A stretch of DNA of 64,000 nucleotides from Candidatus Bathyarchaeota archaeon (GTDB lineage Archaea; Thermoproteota; Bathyarchaeia; TCS64): positions 192,001-256,000 of the forward strand of contig JBDRQD010000015.1 in NCBI GenBank assembly GCA_043826455.1, given 5' to 3'. The translations under genes were made by a program, and so were the position numbers. Within the stretch, counting starts at the first letter, position 1. Every line of letters begins with the position of its first letter. This document shows, in pieces, positions 27,705 to 37,607 of the stretch. Under the pieces are notes generated by a model. It saw only the letters and a list, made by a program, of their open reading frames with translations, was not told the origin of the DNA and did not search any database.

Positions 27705-28127
27705 TTATAGCTCTGCGGACAGTATCTCCATGGTGCCGTGGCGCATGTACTGGAGCCTCACCGGCTTGAACTTCAGTAGCGTGAACTCGGGGTTCTCGGG
27801 CTGCCCCCAGAAGGCCTCCGCGAAGCCCACGCAGCCGAAAATCTCCGCCTTCACGTCCTCATCGTACACGAACTCCACTGAGCCCGTCAACCGTACACTG
27901 CCTTCTTTGCCAGCATCCCCCACGGGGATGCAGACCTCCACCCTGGGGTTCATCACCATCTCCTGGACCTTGGCGTCCCTGGTGCCCGTAGTGTAGTAGA
28001 ATCCGCCGCTCCGCTTGATGAGCATCATGGCTCGGACGTGGGGCTGCCCCTCCACGCTGGTGGCCACGAAGCTCGTGGTGGTCAACCCTAGGTGGCTGTA
28101 AGCCTCATCGACCAGCTTCCCGTCCAT
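27705..28127 (-). CDS. Pyridoxamine 5'-phosphate oxidase-like FMN-binding protein
   Basis: VAT..EGQPHVRAM, KVQEMVMNPRVEV, FWGQPENPEF. Confidence 0.85.
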   Translation of the reverse strand: MDGKLVDEAYSHLGLTTTSFVATSVEGQPHVRAMMLIKRSGGFYYTTGTRDAKVQEMVMNPRVEVCIPVGDAGKEGSVRLTGSVEFVYDEDVKAEIFGCVGFAEAFWGQPENPEFTLLKFKPVRLQYMRHGTMEILSAEL

Positions 28128-28210
28128 GGGTTAACCATGGGCGCTTCTTTTATTGAATTTATCTCAAGGTTAACCCATATATTTCAGAACTGCTGATATC
28201 ATTGATTCTC

Positions 28211-29242
28211 ATGAACGTCGAGCTACTGAAGAAGCTCTCAGACGCCTTCGGGCCTCCGGGGGCCGAGGACGAGCCGAGGATGATCCTCCGTGAGGAGCTT
28301 GAGGCCTACGCCGACGAGGTGCAGGTGGACAAGCTGGGGAACATCTTCTTCACCCACAGGGGCGACGAGGACGCCCCCACCATAATGCTGGCCGCCCACA
28401 CGGACGAGGTGGGCGCCCTGGTCACCTACATAGAGGAGTCCGGTGTCCTCAGGTTCCACCCCTGGGGCATCGTGGACGGCCTCCTCCTGGGCCAGCGGTT
28501 CAGGCTAAGGGGCAGGAAGGGGGACCTCTACGGCATCGTAGGCAGCAAGCCGCCCCACGTCCTCAGCGAGGAGGAGCGAAAGAAGCCCATACCCGCCGAG
28601 GAGCTGTTCATCGACGTCGGCGCCATGACCCGGAAGGAGGCCGAGGACAAGGGCGCCTATGAGGGCATGATGGGCGTCTTCGACGTCGAGTTCAGGGACC
28701 TGGGCGACGGGTACCTCATGGGCAAGGCCCTTGACGACAGGGCAGGCTGCTACGTCATGGCCGAGGTCTTCAAGTGGGCCAAGGGCAAGCCCTACAACGT
28801 GGTGGCCGTGGGCACCGTCCAGGAGGAGGTGGGCCTCAGGGGCAGCAAGACCGCCGCATGGCAGGTGTACCCGGACTACGGGCTGGCGCTTGAGGGTACC
28901 TTCGCAGTGGACATGCCGGGGGTGCCGCCCCACAAGCAGAGCGCGGGCCTCAAGAAGGGGCCCGTGGTCACCATCGCTGACCGGAGCGTCATCGCTCACC
29001 CCAAGGTGCTGGGCAGCATCATGGAGGCCGCTCAGGCCGAGAGGATACCCTACCAGTACAAGAAGGTGCCAAGCGGCGGAACCGACGCGGGCAGCATCCA
29101 CCTCACCAAGGGGGGAGTCCCCAGCGGAACCATCGCCTGCCCCTGCAGGTATATACACGGCCCCGCGGCCATAACCACGGTTGAGGACCTGGAGAACACC
29201 GTACGGCTGGTCAAGGCCTTCATTAAGCGCATAAGCAGCTAA
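28211..29242 (+). CDS. M42 family (TET) aminopeptidase
   Basis: DKLGN, AAHTDEVG, GKALDDRAG, VQEEVGLRG, GGTDAG, RYIH. Confidence 0.95.
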   Translation: MNVELLKKLSDAFGPPGAEDEPRMILREELEAYADEVQVDKLGNIFFTHRGDEDAPTIMLAAHTDEVGALVTYIEESGVLRFHPWGIVDGLLLGQRFRLRGRKGDLYGIVGSKPPHVLSEEERKKPIPAEELFIDVGAMTRKEAEDKGAYEGMMGVFDVEFRDLGDGYLMGKALDDRAGCYVMAEVFKWAKGKPYNVVAVGTVQEEVGLRGSKTAAWQVYPDYGLALEGTFAVDMPGVPPHKQSAGLKKGPVVTIADRSVIAHPKVLGSIMEAAQAERIPYQYKKVPSGGTDAGSIHLTKGGVPSGTIACPCRYIHGPAAITTVEDLENTVRLVKAFIKRISS

Positions 29243-29443
29243 CCCTTTTTTTCACCCTTCCACCAAGACCGCTACGCGGCTCCAAAAAGGCGGGAAATAT
29301 ACGAAACTTGGCGAGGTCGTCACCAAACAGTCACGGCCGAAGCCCCAATCAGGATATTACTGGAAGATGAAGGTAGAAAACTCAAACCATATGTTAAATA
29401 GGGACTAATCAAGAAAGAAAATGGTCCATCAGGAGCATAATCC

Positions 29444-29884
29444 ATGGGGGTAGTTTCCAGAAGCAGGCTCAAGTCGCCGTGGCTGTTCCACGTGAACACT
29501 GGCTCGTGTAACGGCTGCGACATCGAGATAGTGGCCGCCTTAACCCCCCGGTACGACGCCGAGCGCCTGGGGTGCGTACTCGTCGGCTCCCCCAGACACG
29601 CTGATGTCATCCTGGTCACCGGGCCGGTCACCCGGCAGATGTACCCGCGGCTCCTGAACGTGTACAAGCAGGTGCCTGAGCCCAAGGTCGTCGTTGTGGT
29701 AGGGTCCTGCGGCACCTCGGGCGACGTCTTCGTGGGCAGCTACGTCATGGAGGGCCCCGTGGACGTGAACATCCCCGTGGACATCTACGTGGTGGGGTGC
29801 CCACCCCGGCCCGAGGCTATACTCAAGGGCATCGCTGAGGCTGTGAAGAAAAAATTTGGGGGAAGGAGCGATGGAAGGGACTAG
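29444..29884 (+). CDS. Group 4 [NiFe]-hydrogenase small subunit (NuoB/EchC-like)
   Basis: GSCNGCDIE, SPRHADVILVTG, VGSC..SG, VDIYV.GCPPRPE. Confidence 0.92.
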   Translation: MGVVSRSRLKSPWLFHVNTGSCNGCDIEIVAALTPRYDAERLGCVLVGSPRHADVILVTGPVTRQMYPRLLNVYKQVPEPKVVVVVGSCGTSGDVFVGSYVMEGPVDVNIPVDIYVVGCPPRPEAILKGIAEAVKKKFGGRSDGRD

Positions 29885-31070
29885 GGAGCTCAAGTACGAG
29901 TACAGCCGGCTCATACTGCCCATAGGTCCCGTGCACCCGGCCCTCAAAGAGCCCGTCCACTTCAAGGTCACCGTCAAGGGGGAGGAGATACAGGACGTTG
30001 CCCTCAGCCTCAGCCACGCCCACAGGGGCATAGAGGCCCTGGCGGAGACCAGAAACATCGTCCAGAACATGTACCTAGTGGAGAGGATGTGCGGCATCTG
30101 CAGCCACACCCACACCACCTGCTTCGTCCAGGCCGTGGAGGAGATCAAAGGCCTCCAGCTCCCCGAGAGGGCCCTGTACCTCAGGACCCTAATATTCGAG
30201 CTTGAGCGCATCCACAGCCACCTCCTCTGGGCCGGGGTCATGGCCTACGAGATGGGCTTCGACACTCTGTTCATGTACACTTGGACGGCCCGGGAGAAGG
30301 TCCTCGACCTCTTCGAGGAGACCACCGGCAACCGGGTCCACCACTCCATGAACATCATAGGCGGCGTCCGCTGGGACCTCACCCCCGAGATGATCCAGAG
30401 GACGTCCCATGTGGTCGAATACATCGAGAAAGCGTGCGCATTCATAAGGAAGAGCTTCCAGTCCAGGACAGCCGAGAAGAGGCTAACCGGGGTGGGGCTC
30501 CTAAGCACTGACGACGCCAGAAGCCTCTGCGTGGTGGGCCCCACCGCCAGGGCAAGCGGCGTAACCCTGGACATAAGAAGAGACGACCCTTACGCAGCCT
30601 ACAGAGACCTCAAGGACAGCTTTTCGGTGGCCGTGGACAACGGGGCAGACTGCCGCGCCAGGCTGGAGGTGCGCATGAAGGAGCTCCAGGAGTCGGTGAA
30701 CCTGGTGCGCGCCATCCTGGACCAGCTTCCCAGCGGAGACATCAAGCCAGCCGACAGCCAGGTGAGGCTGATGCGGGTCCCCGTGGGCGAGGCCTTCTCA
30801 AGGGTGGAGGCCCCCAGAGGAGAGCTCACCTACTACGTCTTAACGGACGGCAAGGAGGGGCTGCAGAGGCTCAAGGTGAGGACCCCGTCCCTAGCCAACT
30901 TCGCCGGCCTCAAAGCCATGCTGGTGGGCGGCGAGATAGCCGACATCCCCGTGGTCCTGGCGTCCATCGACCCCTGCATGAGCTGCACCAACAGGGTAGC
31001 AGCGGTGGACGCGGAGACGGGCAAGGAGAGGCTTATAGACTTCAACGACATAAGGAGGAGACCGACATAG
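29871..31070 (+). CDS. Group 4 [NiFe]-hydrogenase large subunit
   Basis: GPVHPALKEP, L1 ERMCGICSHTH, EAPRGEL, L2 DPCMSCTNR plus a C-terminal extension. Confidence 0.93.
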   Translation: MEGTRELKYEYSRLILPIGPVHPALKEPVHFKVTVKGEEIQDVALSLSHAHRGIEALAETRNIVQNMYLVERMCGICSHTHTTCFVQAVEEIKGLQLPERALYLRTLIFELERIHSHLLWAGVMAYEMGFDTLFMYTWTAREKVLDLFEETTGNRVHHSMNIIGGVRWDLTPEMIQRTSHVVEYIEKACAFIRKSFQSRTAEKRLTGVGLLSTDDARSLCVVGPTARASGVTLDIRRDDPYAAYRDLKDSFSVAVDNGADCRARLEVRMKELQESVNLVRAILDQLPSGDIKPADSQVRLMRVPVGEAFSRVEAPRGELTYYVLTDGKEGLQRLKVRTPSLANFAGLKAMLVGGEIADIPVVLASIDPCMSCTNRVAAVDAETGKERLIDFNDIRRRPT

Positions 31071-31084
31071 TCGACATCTACTCT

Positions 31085-32014
31085 GTGCTGGCCATGTTCC
31101 CCGTCGTGGTGGTGGTGAGCCTCCTCTTCTCAGGCGTAGACAGGAAGCTCCACGCAAGGATGCAGCAGAGGGTGGGGCCCCCAGTGATCCAGCCCTTCTA
31201 CGACATGGTGAAGCTCATCCACAAGGAGAGGATAGTACCGCTAACATCATCACCCAGCATATTCGTGTCCGCCACCATCATGGCGGCCGCAATGGCCCTT
31301 CTAGGCGCCTCCATAGCGTTGACCAACGTATTCACCGGCACCAGCTTCATGGGGGACATTATACTCATCCTCTATCTGCTGGTCATCACATCTATCCTCG
31401 TCATGATCGGGGGCTCCTCCTCGGGGAACCCCTTCGGCGCCGTGGGTTTCTCCCGGAAGATGACCCTCCTCATAGGCTACGAGGTCCCCCTGCTCATCAG
31501 CATCATCCTGGTCTCCACCAAGACGGGGTTCACATTCTCCTACCATACCATCATAAGCCAACAGGTCCAGACAGGGGCCCTCCTGGCCACCACCTCGCCC
31601 AGCATGGCCATCTCGGCCCTCATCTTCATGTTGTGCATCCCGGCCAGCGTCGGCGTCGTCCCCTTCGACCTCAGCGAGGCCAAGACCGAGATCGCCCACG
31701 GCTCCCTCATCGAGTACGGCGGCCTCTACTTGGCCCTGCTGAAGCTGGCCAAGGACATAACCGGCTTCACCATGTCCTTCCTGGGGCTAACCCTGTTCTT
31801 CTACCTGCCCGCGGTCATACAGGGGCACGTGGCTCTCAACCCCTGGAGCACCGTGGGGGCGTGCATCGCCGGGTCCCTTGTGGTAACCTTCTTCACCATA
31901 ACCCTCCCGCGGACGGTGTCCGCCAGAGCCAAGCTGGGGCAAGCGTTAAAATTCTACATGGCGATATGGGCTCTGTCCCTTATAGCGGTGGCCCTCACAC
32001 TGGTGGGGCTATAG
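31085..32014 (+). CDS. Hydrogenase membrane subunit (NuoH/HycD-like)
   Basis: DRKLHARMQQRVGPPVIQPFYDMVKL, PFDLSEAKTEI. The true start may be 31067. Confidence 0.92.
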   Translation: MLAMFPVVVVVSLLFSGVDRKLHARMQQRVGPPVIQPFYDMVKLIHKERIVPLTSSPSIFVSATIMAAAMALLGASIALTNVFTGTSFMGDIILILYLLVITSILVMIGGSSSGNPFGAVGFSRKMTLLIGYEVPLLISIILVSTKTGFTFSYHTIISQQVQTGALLATTSPSMAISALIFMLCIPASVGVVPFDLSEAKTEIAHGSLIEYGGLYLALLKLAKDITGFTMSFLGLTLFFYLPAVIQGHVALNPWSTVGACIAGSLVVTFFTITLPRTVSARAKLGQALKFYMAIWALSLIAVALTLVGL

Positions 32015-32025
32015 GAGGAAATGAG

Positions 32026-32364
32026 ATGGGTTTAGGAAGCGTGATCGCTGAGGCCCTCAGGGCCCTGTTCAGGAGGCCGGTCACAGTGCAGAGCCTCACC
32101 AAGGCTGGCCAGGGCGTCCCCGTACCCGAGCGCTACCGGGGCCGGATCACCTTCGACAGGGAGGCCTGCATAGGGTGCCTCCTATGCATCAGGACCTGCC
32201 CCACTGGCACTATACTGGCCACCGAGGACCGGAAGGTGGAGTTCCGGCTCGACCACTGCATATTCTGCGGCCAGTGCGTCGAAATATGCCCCAAGGACGC
32301 CGTTAAACATACGTCCAACTACGAGGTTGTGGTTAGTAACCGTGAGACCCTGGTCATTAAATAA
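32026..32364 (+). CDS. 2x[4Fe-4S] ferredoxin-like hydrogenase subunit (NuoI/EchF-like)
   Basis: CIGCLLCIRTCP and CIFCGQCVEICP; AGGAGG upstream of ATG 32026. Confidence 0.92.
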   Translation: MGLGSVIAEALRALFRRPVTVQSLTKAGQGVPVPERYRGRITFDREACIGCLLCIRTCPTGTILATEDRKVEFRLDHCIFCGQCVEICPKDAVKHTSNYEVVVSNRETLVIK

Positions 32365-32394
32365 TATTAAATACGCTTCAAGGATGCAAATAGG

Positions 32395-32910
32395 ATGGAG
32401 GTTTACTTGTCAGTACCCCCCGAAACAGTAGTCCTCACACTGAAAAACCTGGTCTACCGGCACGCCGAGTACGTGACCCTGGGAGACTACCTAGTGGAGA
32501 AGTACGGCTTCAAGACCATCGAGGAGGTAGAGCACACCATAACAGAGATGAGGGAACTCTACCAGATAGACAGAGGCGACATGGTCCTGGAGCACGAGAC
32601 TGAGGCGCCCATCATACTTGAGGCTGTGGACACCAAGACCGCCTCCCACAAGATCTACGAGGGAAGCTACCTGGACCAGAAGATTAAGATCTATGTGATG
32701 GGGGACATCGCGCGTACGGAGGACCTGGTGGAGATCAGTGACACCGAGAGGTACAAGGTGTACACCGCCCAGTACCAGATGATCAAGCTCCTCGGCGAGA
32801 GCGGCTACGCCCTCCAGAAGTTCTTAGAGAACGTGTCCGTGGAGCTGGGCCTCAAGATAGAGGCCCAGGTGTGGAGCTTCCACAGGGTGAGCACTAGGAT
32901 ACACCAATGA
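32395..32910 (+). CDS. Hypothetical soluble protein inside the hydrogenase cluster
   Basis: 171-aa acidic ORF with typical codon usage and no motif recognised. Confidence 0.75.
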   Translation: MEVYLSVPPETVVLTLKNLVYRHAEYVTLGDYLVEKYGFKTIEEVEHTITEMRELYQIDRGDMVLEHETEAPIILEAVDTKTASHKIYEGSYLDQKIKIYVMGDIARTEDLVEISDTERYKVYTAQYQMIKLLGESGYALQKFLENVSVELGLKIEAQVWSFHRVSTRIHQ

Positions 32911-34351
32911 GGTTGAGAAGCAGCCACGGCTGAAGCCCTATCAGGATGGCTATCAGCGCCACCAGGGCCGGGGGAAGCCACATGGCCCAGGGAACCCTCG
33001 CCACCATCTTTTGCTCGTCCCTGTCCCTGCCCAGGAATATCCACTGGAAGGACCTGATGAGGTAGACGGCCGAGACCATGGACACCGACACGAAGGCGCC
33101 CAGCACCAGCACCGTAACCATGGTCCCATGGGGCAGCAGGTACTCGTTGACGGCGCTCAGGAGAAGCCACTTGGAGTAGAACCCGCTAAGGGGCGGAACC
33201 CCGGCCACAGAAAGCACGCAGACGACGTATATAAGAGCCACTTTCTTCATCCTCCGCACCAGGCCCCCCAGGGCACCCATGTCGTTGGTGCCGTACATGA
33301 TGGAGACGGAGCCCAGGCACAGGAGGACCCCCATCTTCATCAGGGCACCGTTGACTATGTACACGGTGCCCGCCACGAAGCTCAGTGGGGTGAAGAGGCT
33401 CAGGGCCAGGAGCATGTGGCCGAATCCCTCTATGCTGGTGTAGGCCATCATCCTCATGAAATCCCTCTGGCTGAAAGCCATGAGGACCCCGAAGAGGATG
33501 GATGCCGCCCCCACCCCCACGTACATGACCATTATCAGGTTGGAGTCGAGGGCGTGGTGGAAGGGCTTCACCAGCTTGTACAGGGCCAGGATGAAGGCTA
33601 TGGGCTCGGCGCAGAAGAAGCCGTTCACCGCAGGAGTCGAGGCCGGGAACACGTCGGGGGCCCATCCGTGGAAGGGCACCAGGCCGATGTCGGCGCCCAG
33701 GCCGATGATGAAGCAGGCCCCCAGAAGGGCCACCAGTTGAGGATTCTCCTGGATAACCCCCAGGCCGCTCTCCAGGGTCAACAGATTGGAGTTACCGGTC
33801 AAAACGTAGACCACCAGGACGGCGAAGAGGACGAAGAGGGCGCTGATGGCCGTGATTATCAGGTACTTGTAGGAGGACTCGGAGGCCAGCCTATTACGGG
33901 CATGGGCCACCAGCACTATGGAAACGCCGATGGTGAGCTCCACGAAGACAAAGATGTAGAAGAGGTCGAAGGAGAGGAGGAGCCCCAGCATGCAGACCTG
34001 GAACAGCAGCACGAAGAAGTTGTACATGCTGGGCTTTAGGCGACCGCCGGTCTCGGACTTGATGTTGTAGATGGAGGTGAGGAAGAAGATGACGGCCACT
34101 CCCAGGATGCCTGCCGCATTGGTGAGGTCGAAGCGGAGGGCCAGCAGAGGCGTCTCCAGCACCATCCCGGCCAGGGCGTCGGAGACCATGACCAGCACTA
34201 TCGCCAGTGTCAGCCCGGTGCCGAGGAGAAGAGACTCCTTCTCGATCCTCCCGTAGAAGGACTCCAGGAAGTCGAAGGGCAGGGTGAAGAGGCAGAGGAC
34301 CGCCACAAAGGTGGGGGCCAAAAGGCAGAGCAGAGGCAGTAGCGAGTACAC
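32894..34351 (-). CDS. Proton-translocating antiporter-like subunit (MrpD/NuoM/HyfF-like)
   Basis: SFDLFYIFVFVEL, YKYLI, GLVPFHGWAPD, AYTSI, AGVPPLSGFYSKW. Confidence 0.9.
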   Translation of the reverse strand: MYSLLPLLCLLAPTFVAVLCLFTLPFDFLESFYGRIEKESLLLGTGLTLAIVLVMVSDALAGMVLETPLLALRFDLTNAAGILGVAVIFFLTSIYNIKSETGGRLKPSMYNFFVLLFQVCMLGLLLSFDLFYIFVFVELTIGVSIVLVAHARNRLASESSYKYLIITAISALFVLFAVLVVYVLTGNSNLLTLESGLGVIQENPQLVALLGACFIIGLGADIGLVPFHGWAPDVFPASTPAVNGFFCAEPIAFILALYKLVKPFHHALDSNLIMVMYVGVGAASILFGVLMAFSQRDFMRMMAYTSIEGFGHMLLALSLFTPLSFVAGTVYIVNGALMKMGVLLCLGSVSIMYGTNDMGALGGLVRRMKKVALIYVVCVLSVAGVPPLSGFYSKWLLLSAVNEYLLPHGTMVTVLVLGAFVSVSMVSAVYLIRSFQWIFLGRDRDEQKMVARVPWAMWLPPALVALIAILIGLQPWLLLNLIGVS

Positions 34352-34996
34352 TTATCGGCTCAGCCTCCAATCGCTGATCTCCATGGAGCCGTAGTCCTTG
34401 TGGGACTCCATGACTATGAAGACGCCCACCATGTTGACAAAGATCATCAGCACCAGCAGGAAGGGGACCACTACCATGGGGCTCCTGGCTAGGAGGGGGA
34501 ACAGGGCGTTCTCCGCCATGTTGAGACCCACCAGTACCTTCAGCGGGTCACGGCGGGTAACCATCAGGTACACTGAAAGGGTGAACATGAGGGATATGAA
34601 GGGCAGGGCCTCCAGCTGCTTGGGTATCACCTGATAGTAGTAGACCCACAGGCCCAGGTGGATGAGGACGATGGCGGCGACGATGAGGCTCCCCCTCCTC
34701 ACGTCGATGAGCGGCTTGTCAACGGTATCCGCCGTCCTCACCATCCCCCAGTAGATGATCAGGGGAGAGATGGCGGCCGCAGAGAACCACTCGGCAAAGC
34801 TCGCTATGAACTTGACGAGAGCCTCCATGTGGAGCCCCAGGACCAGGTTAACCAGGACGTACATGAGCTCCACGAAACCTATGGCCGCCGCCTGGAGGGC
34901 CATGAGGGCTATGGTCTGCTTGGTGGATTTGGAGAAGACGCCTAGGAGGGTGGCCACGGTGGACGTCATGAGGGCTATGAATACTATTGTCTCCAT
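34352..34996 (-). CDS. Hydrogenase membrane subunit (HyfE-like)
   Basis: About 7 TM segments, RRDPLKVLVGLNMAENA; sits between the two antiporter-like genes. Confidence 0.7.
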   Translation of the reverse strand: METIVFIALMTSTVATLLGVFSKSTKQTIALMALQAAAIGFVELMYVLVNLVLGLHMEALVKFIASFAEWFSAAAISPLIIYWGMVRTADTVDKPLIDVRRGSLIVAAIVLIHLGLWVYYYQVIPKQLEALPFISLMFTLSVYLMVTRRDPLKVLVGLNMAENALFPLLARSPMVVVPFLLVLMIFVNMVGVFIVMESHKDYGSMEISDWRLSR

Positions 34997-34999
34997 TTT

Positions 35000-36994
35000 T
35001 TATCCCCCCAAGACGATCAGCAGGATCAGTATGATGGCTCCGCCTAGGAACGACAGGAGGGCCGGGTAGTAGCTCTGGTTGACGTCGAGGCGTCTTAGCC
35101 AGTCACATACTCCTGAGAACCATTTTGAGGCCCCATAGTAGAGCCTGTCCACGTCGACTAAGTCTGATACTTGCTTTATCCTCAGTGTGTCGATGAGGGT
35201 CGTGTAGATATGCTCACCTGAGACGTGGCCCAGTAGACCCGGGTCCTCTCCGAAGGCGTAGGGCCTCGAGGCCTCCTCCATGGCTGAGGCGCTGACAGGG
35301 TTTATGGCGATCCTGGACGCAAAGATGAAGGCCCCTATTATGGAGATGTATATGATGCTGATGGCTGCTCCCAGCAGCGGGTTCCAGATGCCGGACGCCG
35401 TAATAATATTTCCCAACGAAATACCTATCTCTATGTTTACACCCAGGTGCTGAGCAGCCGGTACAATCAGGTTGGTCAATAGTATCTGGGGGAAGACGCC
35501 CACTATGATTATGACTATTGAAAGGAACACCATGGGGAGCAGCATGAAGAGGGGGGGCTCCCTTGACTCGGGCTTCTGCTTTGACACGCCGAGGAACGTC
35601 GAGTGGAACATCCTCACTATGGCGATGGTCTTGAAGACGGTCCCAACCAGCAGTATGACTATCAACCCTATCGCCTTTACCTCCAACAGGGCGTGGATCG
35701 TGAGCCAGAAGGCCGTGAAGTAGCCCAGGAACGGGAAACCCACCCAAGACAGCACCCCTATGGCGCCGCACACAGTCGTCAAGGGCATGACCTTAATCAG
35801 CCCACCCAGGCCATCCAGGGAGGTCCTCCCCGTCCGGTATATCGCTGCGCCCACCGCGAAGAACAGGATGCCACAGTAAATCACATGAGGAATCAGCGCG
35901 TAGAGCCCCGCAATCGTCCCCAGGGACGTACCAAGCCCCAGGGCCATCACGGTGCTTCCAAGGCTGGAGATGAGGATGTAGGCGATCAGCTTCTTCACGT
36001 CCTCCTCAAAGATCGAAGGAAGAACAGCCACGAGCAGAGTCACGACCCCCGTGAACGTGATCAGGAAGTGCCAGATGTTTAATTCCCCAAACAGTAGGCT
36101 CCATGGATGGGCCAACGAGAAGGAAGCCGCGACGACTGGTGCGAACACCTGCCCAAAGAACCTTGGGAAAGCGTAGAGCCCCATGAGGAAGCCCACCACG
36201 TGAACGTAGGCTGTTACGGGGGTCGGAGCTATAGTGGCATCAGGCAACCAGGTGTGTAACGGGAACTGGACGGCCTTCGGAAGTATCCCTATGAAGAAAA
36301 GCACCATTGAGACAACCACCATGGTTGTGGGGGAGAGGCTTCCGCTCCACAGGTGAAAGTTCAGCGCCCCTACGACCGGGAATATGACGACGGCTCCGAG
36401 CAGGAACCCCAGGGTCCCCACATGCGTTATGATGAAGGTCTTCATGGAGGCCGACCTACTTTTAGGGTCCTCGTGCCAGAAGGCCACCAACGCGTACGAA
36501 CACAGGCCCGTAATCTCCCAGAACACTATGAGCATAATCATGTTACTGGTGAAGCACGCCCCCAACATGGCTCCCAGAAAGATCAGCATCATGGAGTAGG
36601 CCCAGTTGTAGGCTGTGGAGACGACGCGATACCTGTTCTCCTTGCTGAAGTACTTGACTGAGAAGGTCAAGGACAGGGCGGCGAAGAGGGCTGAAAGCAC
36701 TGTAGGTATCAGCGCCAAGCCGTCAAGATAGAGGCTGAACTCGATCACGCCCACCGGCAAGGGGATAGTCAAGACGGTGCCCATGACAGGGCCGACGCTC
36801 AATACAACCTGTGAGATGATGAGGGTAAGGACCAGTATCAGGTAGGCTGAAATCACACACAGGTCCCTGGCGACACGCCCACCATACCCCGGAACGTGTG
36901 ATACAAAGTAAGCTGCCACTGCGACGATGAACGGCAGCAGTATCACCAATGTTCCAAGGTAAAGGGTCTCGATCAAATCCTCTTCAGGCCCCAA
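35000..36994 (-). CDS. Proton-translocating antiporter-like subunit (MrpA/NuoL/HyfB-like)
   Basis: VFWEITGLCSYALVAFW, KAVQFPLHTWLPDA.IAPTPV, KKLIAY. Confidence 0.92.
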   Translation of the reverse strand: MGPEEDLIETLYLGTLVILLPFIVAVAAYFVSHVPGYGGRVARDLCVISAYLILVLTLIISQVVLSVGPVMGTVLTIPLPVGVIEFSLYLDGLALIPTVLSALFAALSLTFSVKYFSKENRYRVVSTAYNWAYSMMLIFLGAMLGACFTSNMIMLIVFWEITGLCSYALVAFWHEDPKSRSASMKTFIITHVGTLGFLLGAVVIFPVVGALNFHLWSGSLSPTTMVVVSMVLFFIGILPKAVQFPLHTWLPDATIAPTPVTAYVHVVGFLMGLYAFPRFFGQVFAPVVAASFSLAHPWSLLFGELNIWHFLITFTGVVTLLVAVLPSIFEEDVKKLIAYILISSLGSTVMALGLGTSLGTIAGLYALIPHVIYCGILFFAVGAAIYRTGRTSLDGLGGLIKVMPLTTVCGAIGVLSWVGFPFLGYFTAFWLTIHALLEVKAIGLIVILLVGTVFKTIAIVRMFHSTFLGVSKQKPESREPPLFMLLPMVFLSIVIIIVGVFPQILLTNLIVPAAQHLGVNIEIGISLGNIITASGIWNPLLGAAISIIYISIIGAFIFASRIAINPVSASAMEEASRPYAFGEDPGLLGHVSGEHIYTTLIDTLRIKQVSDLVDVDRLYYGASKWFSGVCDWLRRLDVNQSYYPALLSFLGGAIILILLIVLGG

Positions 36995-37065
36995 TAACTG
37001 GTTGCAAAGACATCGACATTAACACTATTCAATTTTTTGACCCCTTCCCTGCAATAATATGTGGT

Positions 37066-37518
37066 TTATGTTTCCACCTTTGACACTTTTTTTCTCAGAG
37101 GGTAAGAGTCCAGGGGCCAGTTATCAGGAAGCACCAGTCTCGTCGGCCCAAGACTATCGATGAACTCCACGCCCAGAAGCTCATGAACCTCAGCCTCGTA
37201 GAAGCCTGCCCCCGGGATTATGTCAGTAACTGTGTGAACCTGGAGGCTGTCGTGAGCTAGCTTGACCCGGATCGTAGTCACCAGCCCATCCCTGTCCAGG
37301 TGGTACAGGAGCTCGATGAACTCGGCTGAGTCGTAACCCGTGATCGCGGACAGGTGGTGAAACCCTTCATCCTTGAGGCCGGCGACAGCCTCTCTAAGAC
37401 ACTCTTTTTTTAATGATAGGTTGATTCTCCTTTCTTTCGGGAAAGATGTCTCTGTTACACAGTCTTTCCCTATTTTCGGTAATAATCTATCGAGAAAATC
37501 GTTTTCAGGAAGGGTCAC
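37066..37518 (-). CDS. NuoC/EchD-like hydrogenase subunit
   Basis: HLSAITGYD, ELLYH, YEAEVHELLGVEF, LVLPDNWP..SYPLRK. Confidence 0.9.
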   Translation of the reverse strand: MTLPENDFLDRLLPKIGKDCVTETSFPKERRINLSLKKECLREAVAGLKDEGFHHLSAITGYDSAEFIELLYHLDRDGLVTTIRVKLAHDSLQVHTVTDIIPGAGFYEAEVHELLGVEFIDSLGPTRLVLPDNWPLDSYPLRKKVSKVET

Positions 37519-37607
37519 ATCTGTTAGTTTCCTAGGGCATCTATATTAACATGATTCTGTCTTCCAGTCGTATCTGACCAACTGGATAATGGAGGTGAGG
37601 AGGAGAC

